A DNA stretch of 64,000 nucleotides from Candidatus Latescibacterota bacterium (GTDB lineage Bacteria; Latescibacterota; UBA2968). The position numbers and the translations under genes are program-made. The stretch is taken from NCBI GenBank assembly GCA_965116885.1, contig OZ220741.1:4960001-5024000 (forward strand), read 5' to 3'. Position 1 is the first letter of the stretch, and each line of letters begins with the position of its first letter. Shown piece after piece: positions 20,395 to 30,203 of this stretch. Below the pieces are notes generated by a model, which did no database searches, was not told the DNA's origin, and saw only the letters and a list, made by a program, of their open reading frames with translations.

Positions 20395-21320
20395 ACACCT
20401 CCCGACCGCCTGCTCGGCGTGATCAGCCCATCGTTGCGCCGATGTAAAAATCGATGCAACGCCATATCCAGAGGTTCAGAACACGCGAACTCTTCAATAT
20501 CGATCTCCGCCGATAGACACGCTTCTCTTATCGCGTCAAAATGTCGCCTGCGATTTTCCAAATAGGCTTCGCGCACCTCCTCTGGCACGGCAAATTGCTC
20601 GCGACTATCCTCGGCATCTATCAGCGTCACCGACCGATCAAAGGGAAACGTCTGCTCAGCCGGATCGCTCACCTGCAACACCAGCACATCGTGACGCTGC
20701 GCCCTCAGGGAACGCAAATGCAAAATCATCTCATCTGCCGGATGCAACAAATCGCCGATCAACACCACCATGCCCCGCGCAGGCAACACATCACCCATCA
20801 CCCGCAACGTCCCCGCCGTATCCGTCTCTTCACCCGCGGGCCTCAAATTGTCGATCTCCATCAAAATGCGATGGCGTTGTCCGTCTCGACGACGCGCAGG
20901 CACATGCGCAATCAACTCCCGATGATAAGCGGCGAAACCCACGGCATCTCCCTGACCGGAAGCCAGCATCACCAGACACGCCGCCAGCATCTGTGCATAC
21001 CGGAACTTGCTCACCTCTCCCGAACCATAATCCATAGACGCGCTGCAATCCAGCAAAATAGTAGAACGCAAATTGCGCTCATCCTGAAACTGCTTCACGT
21101 GCAGCCGATCACTCCGCCCATACAGCCGCCAATCCACAAAGCGCAAATCATCGCCCCACGCATAGGGACGATATTGGGCAAACTCTACCGACGCCCCATG
21201 GTGAATACTGCGATGCGCCCCACCCTGCAGCCCGGAAATAACCGTACGCGCCAAAAGCTCCAAATCCGCAATACGCGCCAACTCAGCAGGATCGAGATAT
21301 GTATAAATAGAATTTTGCAT
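20391..21320 (-). CDS. DUF58 (vWA-like) protein
   Basis: GAHRS...GASVEFAQYRPY..GDDLRFVDW..YGRSD, LDCSASM. Start taken as ATG 21320. Confidence 0.92.
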   Translation of the reverse strand: MQNSIYTYLDPAELARIADLELLARTVISGLQGGAHRSIHHGASVEFAQYRPYAWGDDLRFVDWRLYGRSDRLHVKQFQDERNLRSTILLDCSASMDYGSGEVSKFRYAQMLAACLVMLASGQGDAVGFAAYHRELIAHVPARRRDGQRHRILMEIDNLRPAGEETDTAGTLRVMGDVLPARGMVVLIGDLLHPADEMILHLRSLRAQRHDVLVLQVSDPAEQTFPFDRSVTLIDAEDSREQFAVPEEVREAYLENRRRHFDAIREACLSAEIDIEEFACSEPLDMALHRFLHRRNDGLITPSRRSGGV

Positions 21321-21403
21321 GTGACTAAAAACTAAAAGCTCCTCCGCCCAGGACATCCCTGATAGAATCAATCAGGTCATTTGCAGGCGTGACGAGTAGC
21401 AAT

Positions 21404-21436
21404 CGTCATTGCGGCATGCTTAAAGCCGCAATCCAG
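21404..21436. repeat. REP-like palindrome at the left island boundary
   Basis: cgtc-attgcggc-atgcttaaa-gccgcaat-ccag. Resembles GTCATT...AATCCAG-type palindromic repeats. Confidence 0.5.
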
Positions 21437-21488
21437 TTGTTTTTTCTCATTACTGACTTTGGACCTATCGCGCATCCTGTTTACCTGT

Positions 21489-21917
21489 TCATTCTTTACG
21501 TAATGGATTGCTCTCTGGAGAAATCAAATTCACAGTCGGAAAATCTGTTTTGTAGCGCGCTGCATCTCGGGTTAGCAGGGGTAATTTTTCAACTGAGGCG
21601 TGTGCGCCTATAAAAAAATCGGGTAATGGTGAACGTCGTATTCCACCGCGCTTACGATATGCCAAAAACGCCTTGCCAGCGGAAAAAAGAGCTTCCTTCG
21701 GAATTTGGCGCATCTGAAATTTGCCCTCTTTTAACGCCTGCTCTAATTCTTCAATATTTTCATAACCGATTGACACTTCGGCGTAAATGATCGGATTGAT
21801 GAAAAACTCGTGAGTATCGCGGTACTGCCCAAGCATTTGTAAAGACCAGTCTGCCCAAACGGGATCGTTTTCAAAGACATCTAAAATGACATTGGAATCC
21901 ACGAGCATACCCGTCAT
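21489..21917 (-). CDS. vapC: VapC-family PIN domain toxin
   Basis: LVDSNVILD, IYAEVS, PDFFIGAHA, LLTRD. Confidence 0.92.
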   Translation of the reverse strand: MTGMLVDSNVILDVFENDPVWADWSLQMLGQYRDTHEFFINPIIYAEVSIGYENIEELEQALKEGKFQMRQIPKEALFSAGKAFLAYRKRGGIRRSPLPDFFIGAHASVEKLPLLTRDAARYKTDFPTVNLISPESNPLRKE

Positions 21918-22129
21918 TTTTCACCCCGGGTCAATGCCATAATCTCATCCGTAGTCATTTTGATTGTAGCAGACCCCAACAGACGCTTATAAGGATTTTC
22001 TTTTGACTTTTTTACCAGATAAACACGACCATTTTCTTCCACAAAATCAACTTCTGATTTTGGTCCAATTCCCAATGCTTCACGCACCTTTTTGGGAATG
22101 GTCACCTGTCCTTTGCTCGTCACACGCAT
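21914..22129 (-). CDS. AbrB/MazE/SpoVT-family antitoxin
   Basis: MRVTSKGQVTIPKKVREALGI. ATGA overlap with vapC. AGGAGG RBS. Confidence 0.92.
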   Translation of the reverse strand: MRVTSKGQVTIPKKVREALGIGPKSEVDFVEENGRVYLVKKSKENPYKRLLGSATIKMTTDEIMALTRGEK

Positions 22130-22280
22130 CGCACATCCTCCTGAAAAGTGATATGTATGCATCAGTTATATTTGTAAAATATGCAAAAATAGGCTTTAAT
22201 ATCACAGAAGTTTCGGGACTATTGTATATTGTTCTACAACAAAAAATATGTCTTTAGAGCCAAATAAAGGAGTAAGCCGT

Positions 22281-23561
22281 ATGATTGAAGTGCTCTCCAA
22301 ACCTGCTGATCAAATCCGTATCAGCGATATTAAATCGTTGATTGATTCGCAAGTTCCTGAAAGTGAACAAATCGAATTCAAAGAAACTCTGCCAGCGAGA
22401 AGAAACTCCACCGATCCATGGATCGAAGGCAACAATACACTTGGCAATCAGGCAAAAGACAAGATACTCGAAGAAGTCGTCGCCTTCGCAAATGCGTATG
22501 GTGGCGTTTGCTTGCTGGGTATAAAAGAGTCCAGTACAAAACCGTCAGTTGCTGCCGAAATTTCACCAATTCCGCGATGTGCAGAGTTAGCAGAAAGCCT
22601 GAAGTTGGTATTCCGAGACTGTGTGGACCCCCAACTTCCTCAGATCGAAATTATCCCAATAAAAACCAATGGTGAAAGCGGTGTGATTATCTGTCGTGTT
22701 GGGCAGTCCCGGCTGGCACCTCACCGCGTTACAAGAACACTTGTCTGCCCTATCCGACGATCTGATCGATGCGAGAAAATGTCAATGCGAGAAATCCAAG
22801 ACCTGACACTGAACATATCACGCGGACTCGAACGCTTGGAAAGACGACTTTCGGAACGCTCGGAACGTTTTCACCAAGAATTTGACCGCCTTAACGAACC
22901 AGAAAAATCATTTGGTATCCGAGCCACGGCCATACCCGTTGGAGACGAAATCCGATTTGACCACGTATTCTATCAGGGACGAATTATCGAGGATCTCTCT
23001 GAACCGTGGCGGTCAGCTTTGCAAAGTAAAGACGGCACTCAAATATACAACGAGGCTCAGGATACCGAACCTACCCATTGGCGACCAATACTACGCGGTG
23101 CCCGGGCGGAATTCTATAATCAGGAAATTTACACTCGTAAACCGACTGAACTAATCTACCGAGAAATTCACTGCGACGGGCTGATTGAATTGGGACATTT
23201 ATCGACTTATAATCATGGAAGGGCAATTTCTCTCCTGCCAGCTTATCCGCTCGTTCTATTTGCGAACCTGATCACTCAAGCCCATCGTGTGAGAATTCAA
23301 GCCAGTGCTCCTATGGCAGAATATGCCATTGAAGTGGAAATACATGTTAAAGGGGTCCCTGCAATAGTACCATGGAATAAATATCGTATATCGTCAGGGA
23401 AATTAGATCCTGGCACAATAACATTCCCGCGCTACTCGTTCGGTGATTCCGACGAGGGCAATGATCTCCTTAATCTGTTTTACCGCGATTTCTTGAATTC
23501 TCTTGGTCAAGACATCGGTCCTGAAGAAAACGAATTGGAGATACCGGATTGGACCAGTTGA
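22281..23561 (+). CDS. Schlafen/AlbA_2 domain protein with uncharacterised C-terminal domain
   Basis: ESEQIEFKE, VVAFANAYGG..LLGIKE, PHRV. AAGGAG RBS before ATG 22281. Confidence 0.85.
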   Translation: MIEVLSKPADQIRISDIKSLIDSQVPESEQIEFKETLPARRNSTDPWIEGNNTLGNQAKDKILEEVVAFANAYGGVCLLGIKESSTKPSVAAEISPIPRCAELAESLKLVFRDCVDPQLPQIEIIPIKTNGESGVIICRVGQSRLAPHRVTRTLVCPIRRSDRCEKMSMREIQDLTLNISRGLERLERRLSERSERFHQEFDRLNEPEKSFGIRATAIPVGDEIRFDHVFYQGRIIEDLSEPWRSALQSKDGTQIYNEAQDTEPTHWRPILRGARAEFYNQEIYTRKPTELIYREIHCDGLIELGHLSTYNHGRAISLLPAYPLVLFANLITQAHRVRIQASAPMAEYAIEVEIHVKGVPAIVPWNKYRISSGKLDPGTITFPRYSFGDSDEGNDLLNLFYRDFLNSLGQDIGPEENELEIPDWTS

Positions 23562-23618
23562 GAATTGAACAAAGTCGAGCATAAGTGTTCTTTCAAATAA
23601 ATTTATTGTCTTACTCCA

Positions 23619-23643
23619 CTGGACTCCTGCTTCCGCAGGAGTG
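23619..23643. repeat. REP-like hairpin between convergent genes
   Basis: ctgg-actcctgc-ttcc-gcaggagt-g. Confidence 0.55.
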
Positions 23644-23738
23644 CTGCGCAATGGGTATCAAAATAGTCGCAAATCACTGTTATACAGTAAATTTATTATA
23701 AGTGGAGCATGCCATCTGCAGACGATCACAGAGGCCAG

Positions 23739-24419
23739 TTACATATTATCTTTTGCATGTGTAGCCTTCATTGCAGCAACCTTTCGCGGGTTCGCCTTGG
23801 TAAAGATCCAGCCTTTGACGTAACGCATAAGTATTTGGGTTGATGCACGAAATGCAGAAATTGCTTCAAGGTAGATTTCATCGGGAAAATCTATGTCACC
23901 TGAGCCAATTTTGAGAACATATCCAGATCGTTTTTCATGATCTGCGTAATCAAATGTATTGAAGAAATGCTTATCAGACAGGTGGACATATCCCGACGTG
24001 TTTTTGTAAACTAACTCAATCCAAGGACATTCCTTTGCCAATTGAGTGACGAGATAGTGATCAGTCATGCGTTGACCATTTCGATCTTTCATATTGCGGA
24101 TGTGTTTACCCTCAAGGACCGAAACAGCAAACTCGTGTGGTTTATCAACAATGAATCCAGCGAAAACTCGGAGTGCCGTATCCAATTGTAGCCGAACCAG
24201 TGGTCCAGCACAAATGAAATTCCTATCATGGATTAATGTACGAAAACCAGCGGATAAGGCGACCGAGCGATTGATGGCAGCGCATACCAAAAAGTCGAAT
24301 CCATACAGTGCACCGTCATGTCCCTGCATCATATCGGCTACCCGGTCGAGCATTGTCTTTTCATCAGCTTCAAGATTGGTCAGTGCTACTTTAACTATGT
24401 CTGATGGATGTTGTGACAT
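23739..24419 (-). CDS. Hypothetical helical protein, DUF5677/HEPN-like
   Basis: 226-aa ORF 12 bp downstream of the NACHT gene. Motifs LVRLQLD and YKNTSGYVH resemble DUF5677-type R..(E/D) and Y...S..VH patterns. Confidence 0.5.
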   Translation of the reverse strand: MSQHPSDIVKVALTNLEADEKTMLDRVADMMQGHDGALYGFDFLVCAAINRSVALSAGFRTLIHDRNFICAGPLVRLQLDTALRVFAGFIVDKPHEFAVSVLEGKHIRNMKDRNGQRMTDHYLVTQLAKECPWIELVYKNTSGYVHLSDKHFFNTFDYADHEKRSGYVLKIGSGDIDFPDEIYLEAISAFRASTQILMRYVKGWIFTKANPRKVAAMKATHAKDNM

Positions 24420-24431
24420 GGCAATTTTGGG

Positions 24432-27400
24432 TTAGGCCATCAAATGTTCCAGAAGAACATGGGAAACAGAGCGAACTGTTCCGGTAGAAAGATCTAAAGC
24501 AATTTCTGCAAGATGTTTGCCTTCGGATTGACGCTTTATCTCAGAGCGTATCCAAGTTCTCAGTCGTTCTGGTTGATCATCGTTTTGTAATAAAAAACAA
24601 GGAAAGTTCACTTTTTCAAAACTTGTAGGTTGCGCCTCAAGACGACTGAAAGCAAGCTCACGGACTTGCTTATCGCGCACGAATCGAGTAGCTACAGCAC
24701 GCGAGCATGAAGGCGGAAACTCCCAGATATCACCACGGAACTTTGCCATTATTGTACTCACCTTGGCCACGAATTCATCAGGGGGAGAACTCGCCGCTAG
24801 CAAGTAAAACCCAGCCGGAAACAGGAGTCTTGGCATTTCAACCTGTTCACTTAGTTGTTTCCAAGCTTCCGAGTCTGGCCAGCCTGCACTGAGAGAGATA
24901 ACCAGTGCATCAGAAATATTCCCTTGCATTACGAGGGATTCGAGCTTGGTGAGCGTTTCGGTATCATTGGCGAATTGTTCAGCGAGTATTTCTGCCGCAA
25001 CAATGCTTGCTGCCACACCTGTCCAATGACCTACACGAAAATCATGCACAAGAGAAAGATTGCGAACAAGGGAGATGAGACATAATTCGCGTAAACGCTG
25101 CGAGCCTCGCCACTCCCGGGCGCAAAGCTGCAGCAATGGGGGGGTTGGCCTTTCTTTATGCCCTCCCTTAAGTCTATTAATAATTTTATTCAACAAATTG
25201 GGGTCACTCGTACGTGTGGCCATTTCCGTTAGGAACTCGTACGGCACCCCACTCAATTGGGCCCAAAACCTCTCGTCAAACACCTTCAATATGCGATTCC
25301 AGCGGCGGATTAAATGTGCGGCTAAGCGGAGATTAGGTTTTAGTATTCCACCAAAGTCTCTGGCCTTCTCTCCATCTTCCAACCAGAAAGTTTTCACGAT
25401 GTCGAGTCGGTCAAGTTCGAGTAGGGCGGAAAATGCCGCTTGGCGACGTTCGCTGAAATCTGGCCCACGAGCACGCAAGCCTTCTTTGAGTTGAACAAGA
25501 AGACCAGAAGATATTTCACTACGTCGTTTCACAGATGTAATATAGCCGATTGCCGCCGAGGTCTTCACATTCACGTCCATATCTTCATCGTACTTAGACA
25601 ACAGTCTATGTGCGAAGTCATCTTCGGGACCTAAGCGGGAGAGTCGATCTACAACGATCTGTCGGAGATGAGTGGGAAATGAACTACATAGCTCAAGAAT
25701 CTTGTAACGAATCTCTTCATTTGAATTATAAACCTTCGCAACGGCTCGCAAGTCACCTCCGCGATTGTGCAAATGATATGACGCTATCTCATGCCCTTTT
25801 GGATGGTTAGGAAAATATTCAATTAAGTTACCTATCCCCCCAAATAATGTATCGGATAGGACCTCATCAGTACACTTACTTACTACTACTTCTACGACTT
25901 CCTCGTCAAGCGCATTTGCCCCAAGCTTGGCCATTCCGACTAAAACACGTTGATCTATGAATTCTGATTCCTCGCGCAACATCTCTAATAAACGCCTTCG
26001 ACAAAGTTTTTTATCGGGAAGAATATCGGGTAGAAGATCTGGAGCGCGCTTAGCCACGTCACTATTGGCGAATCGCATTAAGGCAGTCGCTGCTTCCTCG
26101 TCCTGCATGTCCCATCCTTGTAATAACCACCGGGCCTGGTACTCCGTGATGACACCAGTCTTGTCGTTGGCTTTAAGCAAATATCCTTTTGCACGCTCTG
26201 AGCACGAGATTAGACAGAGTTCAAAATCCCCAAATAATCGATCAAAATTTTTCCGCGCGATCCAGTCATCGACAGCTAAACCTAAATTTTGATGACCAGA
26301 AAATGCCTTTACAAGATGTCCCCAGTTAAAATGCAAGCCAAGTAAATGGTTAGGGTAATCTTCTGTTTGGAACAGATGTGCGATGATCTCCGCCACCTCG
26401 TCGTCTTGCGGAAATCCTTCCAACAGTATAATTCCGGCTTCTTCCCAATCGAAAACTCTTTCATTAAAATAGTGCTTGGTAACAACACTCCTTATCGCTT
26501 CGCGTTTCACTTCAAGGTCGTCGGGCCAACCGGCTATAAGTGCCCGGACTCGGTCTTCTTTCCAATACCATGAACCAGAACTGTGCTTCTGCGAGAGATT
26601 TATCAATATTTTGCGATCCTCCGTATCATGTTCATTGCGTTTTACGCGATGAATTAGCGCGACACTTTGTAATGCATTATCAGTAGATAACCGACTGTCA
26701 TTTAAGATTTTAGTAAGCCGGTGGTCAGTCCCCCAACCAAGACAAAGCGCATGAAGGGCACAAGCCAGCAGACGTGATTCTGCAGGCATGAAAAGCAGTT
26801 CAAACAGGCGTTCTCCAATAGATGGATCTTCACCAAAAACTTTAGCAAGGGATTCTGCTGCGGCTTTCCGATTTTCATCTTCTTCGTCAAGCAGTCCGCG
26901 CCAAAGTATGGCTTGAGTCTCGTCATTTTTAGGCCATGTTGCAACAGCCTCATAGAACCCGCGCAGATAGGAATATCGCAAGGGATACCAGCGTTGAATG
27001 CGGGACTCTACAAGTGAGCGCATCGCATCGGATTTAAGTCCATCCAACGCGAGTTCAAGAAGCCGCTCACGAGTTCGTTTGTGAACACCAGCTTCGATAA
27101 TCTCAAACGTATCTTCCGCCAATCTTCTGGCGATACTTGCTGAACAATGGAGATCACCAAAGGCTACTTCTGCCAAAAAACTCTGCCGGGATAATTCCAT
27201 TTCTGGCGGTAGTTCTATATTTTCTACGATATCGACGAAATCATCCACCTCTCCATCGCGAGTGTTCAGATGGCATAGGCATAAAAAAACATCGTGCCAC
27301 TGAGGATTTTCAAAGTAATTCTTTACAAACTCCTTTTGCTGTTCAAACGGCAGATTCGATAGGTGTTTCGCTGCGAGAAATTCTTGAAATGATCGATGAA

Positions 27401-29387
27401 GAAATCCAATATCTACAGGTGATTTCTCGACAAGAATCCCAACTGTTTCAGCACCAATAGTGAGGAGTTCCTCTGCGATTTCCAGCGCTTCTGCATCATT
27501 TTTGTATAAGTGTGTCGAACAGAAATCCTGAAGCGCTTTCTGGGCAACAGTTTTATCGAGGGCATCGCTTCCCGGTGAATCATGAGTTTCCCAAGCCAGC
27601 CGAGCCAATGCCCGCTTACGATTTTCCTCACTCAAACGTCCAGTGGTAGTCTCACGGGCGTGAGCCGCCTTTTCACGACGTTTGGGCTGTTCTTCTAACA
27701 AGAGACGTGTCAATTCCTCGTATGCTTTGAATCTGCTGCGAGGGAGATGTATTCTCTGAATAGCGAGAGCAATAAGGCCGTTTAACAGTAGGGGCACTTC
27801 TGCTAAACGGGATAAACGGACATCGCGGTGAAGGTCTCGTATGTGTTCGGCGGCTTCGGCTTTTGCTCTTGTTTCTCTCATGGCAATAGAATCATCATCT
27901 TCATCCTGAGAAGCAAAGGCGTTTGACCGATGCAGGAACCATCGTTCTGCCAAGACATGTTGTTGCTCATTGGTCAAACCGGCGAGCCGAGCTTTACGCC
28001 ATTTACTACTTAGTCCACCAATGCGCTCATAACCCAGTGGACGACTGCTGGCGATTGCCGGCACATTCCGATCTCCTACGAAATGTTCAAGCAGAGTAAG
28101 TGCTGTCCGAGCGGCACTCTCATTACTCCATTCATCAAGTCCATCTACAAAAAGCAGCAGACGCGAATCCTCTAATGCCTGCTGAACCAATGTAATCAAA
28201 TCTTTTCCAGCAGAGACTTTACGAAGCCAAGTCGTGAGGACATCTGAGAGCGAACTCTCTGTTTCTGACTCACCGACAAGTCGCGTCCACATGGCAAATG
28301 GAACCCATACAGGCAGGTATTGCCCCCAACGACGCGCGAATATCTCATAACGAGGCTCAGGACTCAGAAGATCAAGTAATATACAACGAAGGAGAGTACT
28401 CTTGCCGATACCAGGATCTCCTATTATAACTGATTGATCAGAGTCCGAAAGCCAATCAATTGCAGAGCGGCGCACTACCGAGGGGCGGGATATAACTCGT
28501 GTTCTTCGGGGGGAAGATGAGTCGTCGGTTGTTACATCAGTATGCGGTCGTTGATTGTCCTGGCCTTCCAATGAATAATTAATCGTTTCGGTACGAGAAA
28601 CTTGCTGTTCCTCCAAAATTTCGGGGATATGGGAAACCTGCTGTTCTTCCAAAATTTCAGGAGGAACAAACCGATCAATTAAAGAAAGAGGTTGAAAGTC
28701 GGAGTTGATGGAACCAGCAAGAGCAGGGAGACCGGGATCAGTGATCTCAAAATGTTGTGTATAGCAATGCCGGAGTAGCTCGCGTAGTCGTATAACCTCC
28801 TCAAGTTTTAAGCGACGGCTCGACAGTTTGTCAGCAGCTTCTTCACCACAGAATATCCGCACCCACTCACGCCCAAAAAAGTCATCTACTAAATCCGGAT
28901 GATCTTTCACTCGTTTAGAGATTTGCGTAATTCCAAGCGGCAGGAATTGGATATTTCGTTCGCGGAGGCGATCACCTTGCGCTTCGATTGCCTCTACAAG
29001 ATTAGTCGCTTCGGTTTCCACTGAGACTGCAAGTACAAACTCATCGGTTTTTGATGCCCAAGAGCCGTCCAAAAAATCAGAGACTGCTTTCTTTATTAGT
29101 GAGGGTCGAAACTGTTGATACCGTTTACACTGCCAAACTGAATATTTGGACGATTCCCCCTTACGGACATATATGTCTATACCTTCTTGGTCTTGTCCTG
29201 GAAGCCCATACACCTGACATCTTTCTACATCATCGCCACGCTCCGCGAGACGAACACACAGACTCTCAAAAGATTCCCAAGATAATTCATTTAACGGGAG
29301 GATCTGTGCTCGCTCGCTTACAGGAGGCGAAATGTGTGATTCAGGAGGAACCCATACCCTCGTGTATTTCTTTAACTTTGCCGTCAT
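24432..29387 (-). CDS. Restriction-endonuclease-fold plus NACHT NTPase plus helical-repeat protein (NLR/STAND-like, candidate defence)
   Basis: N-terminal FESLC...QEGIDIY...WQCKRY (Mrr-like PD-(D/E)xK), Walker A GDPGIGKST, Walker B LLFVDGLDE, SSRP, VPLLL, FLHRSFQEFLAA, then ~950 aa HEAT-like region. Start ATG 29387 or TTG 29408. Confidence 0.85.
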   Translation of the reverse strand: MTAKLKKYTRVWVPPESHISPPVSERAQILPLNELSWESFESLCVRLAERGDDVERCQVYGLPGQDQEGIDIYVRKGESSKYSVWQCKRYQQFRPSLIKKAVSDFLDGSWASKTDEFVLAVSVETEATNLVEAIEAQGDRLRERNIQFLPLGITQISKRVKDHPDLVDDFFGREWVRIFCGEEAADKLSSRRLKLEEVIRLRELLRHCYTQHFEITDPGLPALAGSINSDFQPLSLIDRFVPPEILEEQQVSHIPEILEEQQVSRTETINYSLEGQDNQRPHTDVTTDDSSSPRRTRVISRPSVVRRSAIDWLSDSDQSVIIGDPGIGKSTLLRCILLDLLSPEPRYEIFARRWGQYLPVWVPFAMWTRLVGESETESSLSDVLTTWLRKVSAGKDLITLVQQALEDSRLLLFVDGLDEWSNESAARTALTLLEHFVGDRNVPAIASSRPLGYERIGGLSSKWRKARLAGLTNEQQHVLAERWFLHRSNAFASQDEDDDSIAMRETRAKAEAAEHIRDLHRDVRLSRLAEVPLLLNGLIALAIQRIHLPRSRFKAYEELTRLLLEEQPKRREKAAHARETTTGRLSEENRKRALARLAWETHDSPGSDALDKTVAQKALQDFCSTHLYKNDAEALEIAEELLTIGAETVGILVEKSPVDIGFLHRSFQEFLAAKHLSNLPFEQQKEFVKNYFENPQWHDVFLCLCHLNTRDGEVDDFVDIVENIELPPEMELSRQSFLAEVAFGDLHCSASIARRLAEDTFEIIEAGVHKRTRERLLELALDGLKSDAMRSLVESRIQRWYPLRYSYLRGFYEAVATWPKNDETQAILWRGLLDEEDENRKAAAESLAKVFGEDPSIGERLFELLFMPAESRLLACALHALCLGWGTDHRLTKILNDSRLSTDNALQSVALIHRVKRNEHDTEDRKILINLSQKHSSGSWYWKEDRVRALIAGWPDDLEVKREAIRSVVTKHYFNERVFDWEEAGIILLEGFPQDDEVAEIIAHLFQTEDYPNHLLGLHFNWGHLVKAFSGHQNLGLAVDDWIARKNFDRLFGDFELCLISCSERAKGYLLKANDKTGVITEYQARWLLQGWDMQDEEAATALMRFANSDVAKRAPDLLPDILPDKKLCRRRLLEMLREESEFIDQRVLVGMAKLGANALDEEVVEVVVSKCTDEVLSDTLFGGIGNLIEYFPNHPKGHEIASYHLHNRGGDLRAVAKVYNSNEEIRYKILELCSSFPTHLRQIVVDRLSRLGPEDDFAHRLLSKYDEDMDVNVKTSAAIGYITSVKRRSEISSGLLVQLKEGLRARGPDFSERRQAAFSALLELDRLDIVKTFWLEDGEKARDFGGILKPNLRLAAHLIRRWNRILKVFDERFWAQLSGVPYEFLTEMATRTSDPNLLNKIINRLKGGHKERPTPPLLQLCAREWRGSQRLRELCLISLVRNLSLVHDFRVGHWTGVAASIVAAEILAEQFANDTETLTKLESLVMQGNISDALVISLSAGWPDSEAWKQLSEQVEMPRLLFPAGFYLLAASSPPDEFVAKVSTIMAKFRGDIWEFPPSCSRAVATRFVRDKQVRELAFSRLEAQPTSFEKVNFPCFLLQNDDQPERLRTWIRSEIKRQSEGKHLAEIALDLSTGTVRSVSHVLLEHLMA

Positions 29388-29441
29388 AGTGAACCTTGTA
29401 TCACTCAAATTTGGACAATGTGGTCATGTCTAACTATTCTT

Positions 29442-30194
29442 TTAATGCGTCGTCATAGGAGATAAGGTTGTTCCAGAGTCATCAGTTGCGAATAGGTCGA
29501 GAGATCGGCGAATCGTGGCAATCAATTCTTTCTTGAAACCCTCGTCATTATCTCTGTCCCAGAAAACGGTTGTGCAGTGATTGGTATCGAAATGGGTGCT
29601 TTTCTCATTGAACTTCTTTTGTTCACAGACATAGATGACAGGCTTGCCCAGCCCTTCAGCATAACCAGCTTCCCAATACGCGCCAAGATTATCATGGGAG
29701 AGTTCAGCAATCACAAATGCTGCATCTCTAATCTGGACGCGCATGATGTTGTCGATAACTCCGGCTTGAGAAACATCGCGCATATCTACAAGGTCGTAGC
29801 CGGTATTTTCTTTTACCGTCGGTTTCACAACACTTTGAACGAAATTGTCCAAATCAGTATCGCCGAACTGCATGGCAATAAATCCGTAGTTTCCCCCGAA
29901 CTGACCTCGTTTTTCCGCTTCATACTGCTCCCATCCCCTCAAACTAAGGGTGACAAAAGAAAAAATCATTCCTCTTCTCCCCGACACTCGTTGAGGTTCT
30001 GACATACGGAGAAAGTCCTGTTCGTATAACTCTTTAACGATTTGTATGAAAAATTCTCTACTTGGGGAATCAGCGATCTTGGGATCACACGGAAGATTTC
30101 TGATAGGTTCCCCCGATTCCGATACCCTGTCCCCAACATATCGAATTAGATTCATTGCCTGCACTGCAGGGCTACTGAAGTTGTTAGTGGTCAA
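29442..30194 (-). CDS. wHTH-like plus nucleoside 2-deoxyribosyltransferase (NDT)-like protein
   Basis: GFIAMQF, IRDAAFVIAELSHDNLGAYWEAGYAEGLGKPVI, HFD. TTG start with a GGAG RBS overlapping the moxR stop. Confidence 0.72.
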   Translation of the reverse strand: MTTNNFSSPAVQAMNLIRYVGDRVSESGEPIRNLPCDPKIADSPSREFFIQIVKELYEQDFLRMSEPQRVSGRRGMIFSFVTLSLRGWEQYEAEKRGQFGGNYGFIAMQFGDTDLDNFVQSVVKPTVKENTGYDLVDMRDVSQAGVIDNIMRVQIRDAAFVIAELSHDNLGAYWEAGYAEGLGKPVIYVCEQKKFNEKSTHFDTNHCTTVFWDRDNDEGFKKELIATIRRSLDLFATDDSGTTLSPMTTH

Positions 30195-30203
30195 TATAGT
30201 CTC

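Noticed and set aside
24420..29440. Integron attC-like cores (GCCTAAC at the NACHT stop, GTTAGAC upstream of its start)
   Set aside because: Only isolated 7-mers. The spacers are too short for an attC hairpin and no integron integrase is present.
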